48,681 bases of DNA from Trichomonas gallinae (Eukaryota): positions 1 to 48,681 of the forward strand of contig MRSU01002137.1 of assembly GCA_008369845.1 (NCBI GenBank), in the 5' to 3' direction. The position numbers and the translations under genes were made by a program. This document shows, one piece after another, positions 41,539 to 48,681 of this stretch (within the stretch, counting starts at the first letter, position 1; the number at the start of each line of letters is the position of its first letter). Below the pieces are notes generated by a model that made no database searches, was not told the DNA's origin, and saw only the letters and a list, made by a program, of their open reading frames with translations.

Positions 41539-43539
41539 TTATGAGAGGTCGAGATATGTTCCATCAGATGATTCATTGTCTCGGCCGCAGTCAATTACTG
41601 ACTCCTCTTCATCATCGTCGTCACTTGGCGCTTTGCCTTTGTTTTCGATTGGAGGCAATGCAGAATATTCCTTGTAGTCATCATCTTCAGCATTGAATCC
41701 ATATATTGAATTCATCCATTCATCACCAGCCAATGTTCCGCGCCTGCTGTGCTTCGGTAAGTGGAAATGATCTTTGAGATTCGTTGCAACCGATGAATGC
41801 GTCGTCAAAGTGATCTTCGCGATATCTCTCTCTGGGAACCATATATAGAATTTCTTGTTTGCAAGGAATCGATCGCCTAAAGTTCTAAGTGCACCAATAT
41901 CAGTGAAATTGTTATCATCTAGGGCAATGCATCGCAATGATGAGAACTTCTCAATGAGTTCTGAGAGTTTCTCCAAGTGTTCGACGCCGATATTGTTTGA
42001 ATTAATATTAACAAAATCAATCATCGATGTTGTTAAGCTCTCCATGACATCAATGATGCCACCTTCCAATTGGAATTGGCTAGTGCCGTGGATATCGAGA
42101 TATTTGCAATGGAATTTTGATAACGTTGGTTTGAACTTAGCTATATCAATTCCAGCGAGGCAGATGAAATTCAGTTGTCCTTTTACTAAGAAATCCATGA
42201 TTTCTTGTGAAATATGATTATTCGCCCAATTGAATGAATCAATTTTTTCTGGTGAATGTCCTGAAATCTTTCTGTCGAATTCTTCCCACTCTTCATCATC
42301 TAAATGAGCATTTGCCAGCTCAAGAGAGCACCAGCCCTGCGATCTTTTGACTTTTGAAATCACTTGGTAAAGAGTCTTTGGTTTCCATGTGATATTGTTG
42401 AGTGAAAGTTTGTAAGGTTCTGTTGTAATGGATATTTCGCCTTTCAAATCTTCATTTGCTTTGTTTCCTGAGAGATTAATCGTATAAAGGCCGAGTGGAA
42501 GAAGCTTTTTCAGTAACGGAGCAATTTCTAGTCCCATGCTAATAAGTGAGATGTGCTTGAGAATAGAAATCTTTGGAATGACTGACTTGATTTTTTCTGA
42601 TTCCATGCTGATGAATCCAAATCCTCTGATATGCGATCTTCTGCGTGCAGCACCAAGGATCTGTGTTAATTTTTGTTCAGTCATGCTCATATTGCAATGA
42701 TTAAAGATTATCTTTTGTATCTCATTCTTTTGGAATGCATTGTAAAGTAGAGATATCGTGGAGTAGTAAATATTCATATTCTTGAACTCTAAAATCTCAA
42801 TATTCTCGTTTGGATGTTCTGCGATATAAAATGCGAATTTTCTGAATCCTTCATCAGGAAAAACAGGTAGACTTATTGTAACCCACCTGCAATAAACGTT
42901 TTCCTGCCAAAATGTGATTAAAGTGTCCCAAGCAGTCGGATATTCAATTCTCGGAATAATCACTTGCGTAATGTACGGCAGTGTTTTAATGGCAAAAAGG
43001 ACACCACCAAGATGGTTCCAAAGATTCTTTATATATCCGATGTTGAATAACTGATCGCAATCATCTATATAATCTTTAAGTGCATCAATCATTTCCTGGC
43101 TTGGTAAACTGCCTTTTGTGGCTTCTTTGGCAAGAAAACGGTTCAATGGAGTAGGAACAGCGTTTGGAGGAAAAGATTTTCTGCTAATAAACGGAACTTC
43201 TTCAGGATAAAATATAGAGTAGACTTGCATCGCGCACATTTCGGCAATGATAGGTGCCTCTTCACCTATGAAATGGTAGATATTGTCTTTAAAACGAATT
43301 TTGAATCTGTATTGTTGCTTTTTCATTTCCAATACATTGTAGAAGTAGCAAACAGAACCAAATTCGATTCCGTCACCGACTTTCTTGAAACAATATATAG
43401 AATATGGAGTGACGACAACTAATTTCTCTTTCTCTTCTTCTTTCCTGTTGATTTTCCTCGTCCACGTCATCAGTGTCGGCGTCTCCTTCTTCCTATTTAT
43501 GTGGTCATCGATCTCTTCGAGTATTTCGGTTGAAAACAT
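41539..43539 (-). CDS. CARMIL-like protein (divergent N-terminal PH domain plus RNI-like LRRs)
   Basis: N-terminal KINRKEEEKEKLVVVTPYSIYCF (CARMIL PH-like), LRR units (INLSGN, LELANA, VNINSNNIG, IALDDN) and an acidic tail. Confidence 0.7.
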   Translation of the reverse strand: MFSTEILEEIDDHINRKKETPTLMTWTRKINRKEEEKEKLVVVTPYSIYCFKKVGDGIEFGSVCYFYNVLEMKKQQYRFKIRFKDNIYHFIGEEAPIIAEMCAMQVYSIFYPEEVPFISRKSFPPNAVPTPLNRFLAKEATKGSLPSQEMIDALKDYIDDCDQLFNIGYIKNLWNHLGGVLFAIKTLPYITQVIIPRIEYPTAWDTLITFWQENVYCRWVTISLPVFPDEGFRKFAFYIAEHPNENIEILEFKNMNIYYSTISLLYNAFQKNEIQKIIFNHCNMSMTEQKLTQILGAARRRSHIRGFGFISMESEKIKSVIPKISILKHISLISMGLEIAPLLKKLLPLGLYTINLSGNKANEDLKGEISITTEPYKLSLNNITWKPKTLYQVISKVKRSQGWCSLELANAHLDDEEWEEFDRKISGHSPEKIDSFNWANNHISQEIMDFLVKGQLNFICLAGIDIAKFKPTLSKFHCKYLDIHGTSQFQLEGGIIDVMESLTTSMIDFVNINSNNIGVEHLEKLSELIEKFSSLRCIALDDNNFTDIGALRTLGDRFLANKKFYIWFPERDIAKITLTTHSSVATNLKDHFHLPKHSRRGTLAGDEWMNSIYGFNAEDDDYKEYSALPPIENKGKAPSDDDDEEESVIDCGRDNESSDGTYLDLS

Positions 43540-45013
43540 CGAAAATTAATATGACACATCACTTTCCGGCATAAAAATCGATTCTCTATGCATGTCGCTG
43601 CCCAAATGAATAAAATTTTTCAGTCCCTTAAAATTGAGGGGAAAATAATCGTAAATAGATTTTATTTAAATTTTTGGTGAGTAAATTTCATTATAATGGT
43701 TGATTCTCGTTCCATCAGCAAATGAACTCCAGACATTATTGCAGTCTATTTGCAAATAGAATGAAAACGTTCTAAAGCTTTGATTAAAATTGTTGAAGAT
43801 ATTAATCAAGCAAAAAGCAACCATAATGCAATGATTTCCAATAAATTTCAAGAAATTACTTTTCCTTGTCTTTAACATGCCTATATTTCATTGGAAAAAT
43901 ATCAAATATATTTGAAATGTCTAATTTCCACCATAACTTTTTAAGATAAGCTCTATCTTAGCATTACTATAACACACATATCGTGTTGATTAAAAACAAA
44001 TGAGATGAAAATTTCGATAATTCTAAAAAAAGTTAACGATAAAGCACTGCCTTAAATTTAGTTTTTTACATGTAAATCCACTGTATATTTGTAATACTAG
44101 AACCTATATCAGCTGAATTTAAAAAATCAATTAAATATTGCATTGATATTTATTATCTTATGCAGTAGATATTTCCACGTGCAACTATACTACTTATTTG
44201 TTGATTTTACATTTGATTTGACAATATTTTATCATATTCATATAAAACTTGATGATGAGTTTCTTTTCTTCAAAAGTGTCTTTAAAATGCAACCAAATAA
44301 GCTCTGATTTTGAATGACGATTTTGAAAATGTTTTTAATGATTTTAAACATTTTCAATGCTACACATATCCATTATATGTTCCACTAATTCATATGTTTT
44401 GATTGCAAGAGATATAGCTCATTATTCAAATAATGATTAGATTGATATGATACAGTCCTCAGAAATAGATAGGAATTTATATAATATATTACCTACCTGC
44501 AAATAATAATTTTATATGATTATATCTTGTGTTTACATTCCCAATTTTGTAAAAATAATTAAATTACATTTTTCATGAGTGCTCATCATATTATTAAGGC
44601 TTTGATGACAGTTCCTCAATGCCTATAATGTGCGAATAAAATGAAATCACAATATATTTTCTGAGACAATTGATAGGCGTCACTTTTTTGATGCTGTAAT
44701 GACTTGTCCCTTGATCATTTGATACTAAACTAATCAACTTTGATGCGAACAAAGAATGAGATATTATCTAACTAAGGTAGATATATAGTATTTATATGGA
44801 AAAATAGTATAAATAGCATAAAAATATTTAAATTATGATCAGCTTTGATTGATAATGTGTTAAATCATCAATCTCAAGATAAATATAATATATGGAGTGA
44901 AATATATATTTTAGACAAGAAAAAAAGAATGATTTAGTCCTTGGTGGTTGTGAAAAGTCCGAAAAAAATAAATTAAAAGTGAGGTGATTTTTGATAAAAA
45001 GAAAAAATCAAAA

Positions 45014-48000
45014 ATGGCAGCAGCAGGACGTTCCGAGGATTCGGAGATCCTTTGTCAGCACATTGACATTGTCGTTTCCAAAATGGAGCAGATGATGCTC
45101 TTATTCAGCCCCGGATCCGACTTTATCAAGTGCTTCGATTCGGGTGAAGGCAAAAGCTGGGCGGCATACGTACAAAACTACTCTGCATCGCTAACATCTA
45201 AGTCAGATACACCTAAAGCGCCAAGCGGTTCCGGAATGAAATCGTGGTTAAACACTATGTATCCTCGAATTAAAAATATCGCAGCATCCATTAAATATAT
45301 CGGCCAGTGGGCTACTCTATCAATGTACCAAATCAAGATGGCTCTCGGAAAAATCATCGAACTCGACATCAGATGGAATCAAGCGACAACAATCACGTTA
45401 TGCAAGATTTTCGTACAGCTTGTCAAGGTTATGTTGTTCTTCAACCAATGCCCATACGTTCGCCACTACGCTCTTATGGTTCTTAACGCTCCTGCTAAGG
45501 AATTCAACAATGCCTCAGGAGAATTCCAAAAGATTGTCCAACTTCTTAACTCATGCATCATCAACCCATTCGCATGCTTGTCGACAAACATAGATCCGGT
45601 TAAGAGCAAGATGGCGCGTTTCGCTTCTAACATCGGCACATTCATGGCGAAACTCTTTGGCGTTTTCCCATTAATCGAGTGGGAGCCATTCTCAATCTTC
45701 ACAAAGAGAACAGCACAGCCGGAGTCTATGCTTCCTGCTGATGAATTCATTATTCTCCAGAATATCACTTTGTTCAAGGAGACATTATTCTTCTTCTTGT
45801 TTACATTCCCGGAGTCTACAACATCAAATGAGTGCTTCAGCTTGATCATCGAAGCTTTGCTTTCCGAAATCCCAGTTATCCAAGTAACTCGCTCATTATC
45901 AATCCCACTCGACGATTTCTTGAAGATCTGTCCAAATGATGTCTTCAACAAGACATTACTCAACGCCGCTATCCTTCAAACACGCAGAAAATTCAACACC
46001 TCTCATATCCAGCGTATTGTTCGCGTTACAATTCTTCTCGAAGACATCTTGAACATCTGTAAGTTCAATATCTCACTTCTCCCGCCACTCATGAACTTCA
46101 TCACAGCTTTGGGCGGTTTAGCGTACTATGAACTCGACACATGCTTCTACTTCAAGGAGCCAAGAAACGAGGCCATGCATCTTCTTTCTGTCTGCGCTGA
46201 TTTAGCTGAACTCATTCGCGCTAACTTCAACTATGTTCAGAGATTCTTCTTCTTCAACATTGCACAGACGGATACACAGTATCTCGCCAAGCAGTTGAGC
46301 CCAGCTGTCGTCTCAACATCAGCGACACTCAAGGAAGTCGATGTTTCCAAGCTCATTAGCGATCTTCTTTCTTCCCTTCTCGCTCTCGACCTCGATGCAT
46401 ACGATAAGGGCTCCAGATACGATTTCACAGCCCTCCTCGTCACACACTCTCACTACCTCTTCAAGTTCGCTGAGCTCAAGACACGTGAGAGAGTTTCTTT
46501 CCTCGATCCAATCTTCGAGCACTTGACAGTCATCAGGGACCACATCGCATTCGCAACAAACCCAGTCCAGGCATTCCTCAGGTACTGCCCACTCCACACC
46601 ATGTGGAATCACCTCAACCTCTTCTCGTCATTCGTCAGAGGAAACGACATCAACATCCAGTACCTCCCATCCCTTCTCAAGATGTTCACATTCTTCTCAT
46701 ATGACACAGGCGTCCTCAGACAGCTCGGCATTGAGTGCCAGAACGCCGTCAAGAAGTTCGGCGAGATTAGAGGTGGTATCTTCATCAGAATGACATCAGC
46801 AATCTCGCAGAAGATCGACAACCAGAGCCCAGACTTCCTCATCTCTCTGCAGACACACAACTTCCAGCAGGGTAACTCAGCGTTCCAGGCTCTCGAGTTC
46901 GCTCTTCCTCGTGGCCAGCAGAAGAAGAGAGCCATGCTCAAGTGCGCAGAGAATATCGAGAGGACAGCCGTCTTAGCTTCTACTTTCGAAGGCATCCCTC
47001 AGACAGTCATTCTGTTCAAGAACCAGGATCTCACGGCCGGATACTTCGCGAACAACATCACAGACAACCTTACTCGCTACATGTTCCCGTCAGAAGGCAC
47101 ACCAACGTTCTCGCACATGGATATGGCCTTCTCTGCTGCTGCACAGACAATCTGGCCTCTCTTCTCAGCTGTTGCATCATCATTCCAGCGTCGTATCTTC
47201 GAGTACAGGCTCAGAGAGTCCACATATCCTAACATGCACTCGTTTGACACTCAGATCCAGTCACTCCTCGGCCTCATTCCAAGAGAAGAGAGCCCGCTCA
47301 ACACGAACACTTTAGTTCTCAGAATCGAGAGAATCTTCGAAAACTTCATCAAGCACAACTTCAAGAACGCTCTCTATGTCCCACCATTCAGAGGATTCTG
47401 GGCAACAGATGGCAATCCATTCACTGCATCCTACTTCACAGAAAAGTCTCTCGAGTACTTGATCAGAAACTTGGGTATCAACATCGGTTTCAGGATCAAC
47501 AAGCTCCTCACACAGACAATTGTCGACACAATCGCATTGATCTTCAAGCTCTTCTGCGAGGTTGAACCACAGGTAAAGCACTGGCGCGACGATTACAAGA
47601 AGAGCGGCGGCCTCAAGGCTGAAATCGTCCAGAACCCAATCCTCACTACAGCAGCTGAGCAGATGATCAAGCTTGGTGGCACTCTCGAGCTCAGAAATTT
47701 GGTTCGCTCTGCCATCAAGACATCACTCGACGTCAACCTTCCAGGCTTGTCAACACTCCTCGAGGCAGCTTCTTACAGAAAGCCACAGCTCGAACCAAGA
47801 GAAGTCCTCATCAGAGAAATTTTGTGCGGCGACAGCGCCGAAATTCCATTCATCAGGACTAAAGTCCAGATGCTCAAGTTCAAGACGATGAAGCAATGCT
47901 CAACAATGTACTTCTTCTTTGCTATCATGTTCTTAGCACCAACTTTCAACGGTGCCAAGTATAATCCAGCACACGACACAATCACGAACAACATGCACCT

Positions 48001-48334
48001 CATCCCGAAGGCCATCGGCGCAATCCTCAGACTCGCTGATCTCATGTTCGACGACCTCACAGACAGGAATCCACAGAACGAAATTAGAGTCAACGGCCTT
48101 GAGTTGATGATGGCAACACTCAGATCAGCCATCGGCGTCAAAATGGCAAGCGATCCATCTTGCGCGAACGCGATGACAATCATGGCAAACTTGCTCCCAG
48201 ACGCATTCCCATCGATCCCATTCTCGCTCATCGAGCAGTACTTCCCAACAAGAATGATCAACCACGCATACTCAGATGCTGCAGGCGACATGACGAACAG
48301 AAGGAGAAGGAAAGAAAAGAAGCCAAAGAAATAA
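45014..48334 (+). CDS. Nap1/NCKAP1/Hem family subunit of the SCAR/WAVE regulatory complex
   Basis: About 1106 aa, the expected size. LDIRWNQATTITLCKIF, YNPAHDTITNNMHLIPKAI and IPFSLIEQYFPTRMINHAY align by eye to recalled NCKAP1 segments FDITVNFDLT, NNIHCLAKAI and LLESCFPYVLLRNAY. First ATG at 45014. Confidence 0.8.
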   Translation: MAAAGRSEDSEILCQHIDIVVSKMEQMMLLFSPGSDFIKCFDSGEGKSWAAYVQNYSASLTSKSDTPKAPSGSGMKSWLNTMYPRIKNIAASIKYIGQWATLSMYQIKMALGKIIELDIRWNQATTITLCKIFVQLVKVMLFFNQCPYVRHYALMVLNAPAKEFNNASGEFQKIVQLLNSCIINPFACLSTNIDPVKSKMARFASNIGTFMAKLFGVFPLIEWEPFSIFTKRTAQPESMLPADEFIILQNITLFKETLFFFLFTFPESTTSNECFSLIIEALLSEIPVIQVTRSLSIPLDDFLKICPNDVFNKTLLNAAILQTRRKFNTSHIQRIVRVTILLEDILNICKFNISLLPPLMNFITALGGLAYYELDTCFYFKEPRNEAMHLLSVCADLAELIRANFNYVQRFFFFNIAQTDTQYLAKQLSPAVVSTSATLKEVDVSKLISDLLSSLLALDLDAYDKGSRYDFTALLVTHSHYLFKFAELKTRERVSFLDPIFEHLTVIRDHIAFATNPVQAFLRYCPLHTMWNHLNLFSSFVRGNDINIQYLPSLLKMFTFFSYDTGVLRQLGIECQNAVKKFGEIRGGIFIRMTSAISQKIDNQSPDFLISLQTHNFQQGNSAFQALEFALPRGQQKKRAMLKCAENIERTAVLASTFEGIPQTVILFKNQDLTAGYFANNITDNLTRYMFPSEGTPTFSHMDMAFSAAAQTIWPLFSAVASSFQRRIFEYRLRESTYPNMHSFDTQIQSLLGLIPREESPLNTNTLVLRIERIFENFIKHNFKNALYVPPFRGFWATDGNPFTASYFTEKSLEYLIRNLGINIGFRINKLLTQTIVDTIALIFKLFCEVEPQVKHWRDDYKKSGGLKAEIVQNPILTTAAEQMIKLGGTLELRNLVRSAIKTSLDVNLPGLSTLLEAASYRKPQLEPREVLIREILCGDSAEIPFIRTKVQMLKFKTMKQCSTMYFFFAIMFLAPTFNGAKYNPAHDTITNNMHLIPKAIGAILRLADLMFDDLTDRNPQNEIRVNGLELMMATLRSAIGVKMASDPSCANAMTIMANLLPDAFPSIPFSLIEQYFPTRMINHAYSDAAGDMTNRRRRKEKKPKK

Positions 48335-48681
48335 GTTTTAATTTTTGCGGAATTTATCTAAAAATTCGATTTTATGCACAATATTCACTTTATTTTTTAG
48401 TATAAAATGAAAAACAGTCGATCGTGTATTTTGTTTTTTCATTATACAAGCCCCTTTTTGTCTGCCCTTTTTTTCTTCAGACCTTATAACTAAAGGTAGT
48501 CCGGCAGATTTTTTAAAATTGTCAAAAATGGCCCCTGCTTATAAAACGCTTCAGGTTCGACGCAACAGTAGAGCCCAAGAAAACTCCACCTGGATTTTTT
48601 AGATGGGAATCTAGCATTTTAATGGTCACTATGTGCTCATTCTATATTATTAATTTACAGAATTTTTAGTTGAATTTTTCT

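Noticed and set aside
43696..43944. Inr-like TCATT plus ATG opening an 83-codon frame with three internal stops
   Set aside because: Stop density is not clearly below chance for this composition and no protein motif was recognised.
44252..44307. C/D-box snoRNA candidate (ATGATGA ... CTGA)
   Set aside because: No convincing terminal stem, internal boxes or recognisable rRNA guide.
3256..48334. Spliceosomal introns or an alternative genetic code
   Set aside because: All long genes are single uninterrupted standard-code ORFs, and I saw no ACTAACACACAG-type trichomonad 3' intron motif.

Overview
AT-rich eukaryotic genomic DNA, most consistent with a trichomonad (Trichomonas vaginalis-like parabasalid). 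The evidence is intron-less genes in the standard code, an IBD-family transcription factor, a PAS plus class III transmembrane cyclase, a trichomonad-type 'LICWxCENW' protein and matches to recalled Trichomonas core-promoter motifs. I support 17 protein-coding genes: meckelin/TMEM67, a beta-helix-like type I membrane protein, a large HEAT-like protein, a degenerate transmembrane cyclase, a BRSK-like kinase, a small unknown protein, a UBE3A-like HECT ligase, MAP65/Ase1, a coiled-coil protein, a DCX-like plus P-loop protein, a discoidin-domain protein, a RalGAP-alpha/tuberin-type RapGAP, an LRR-coiled-coil protein, an Akt-like PH-AGC kinase, an IBD protein, a CARMIL-like LRR protein and Nap1/NCKAP1. 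The least explained signals are non-coding. They are a ~31-bp phased TGACATGTAAA array whose motif recurs upstream of several genes, a ~132-bp two-box repeat family seen only in head-to-head intergenic regions, a ~115-bp higher-order tandem repeat, a 120-bp duplication, a GCACGTTA cluster, and a hairpin plus poly(A) end at the window start. No CRISPR array, intact transposase, rRNA or complete tRNA was recognised. All family calls are by-eye motif recognition; no searches were run.
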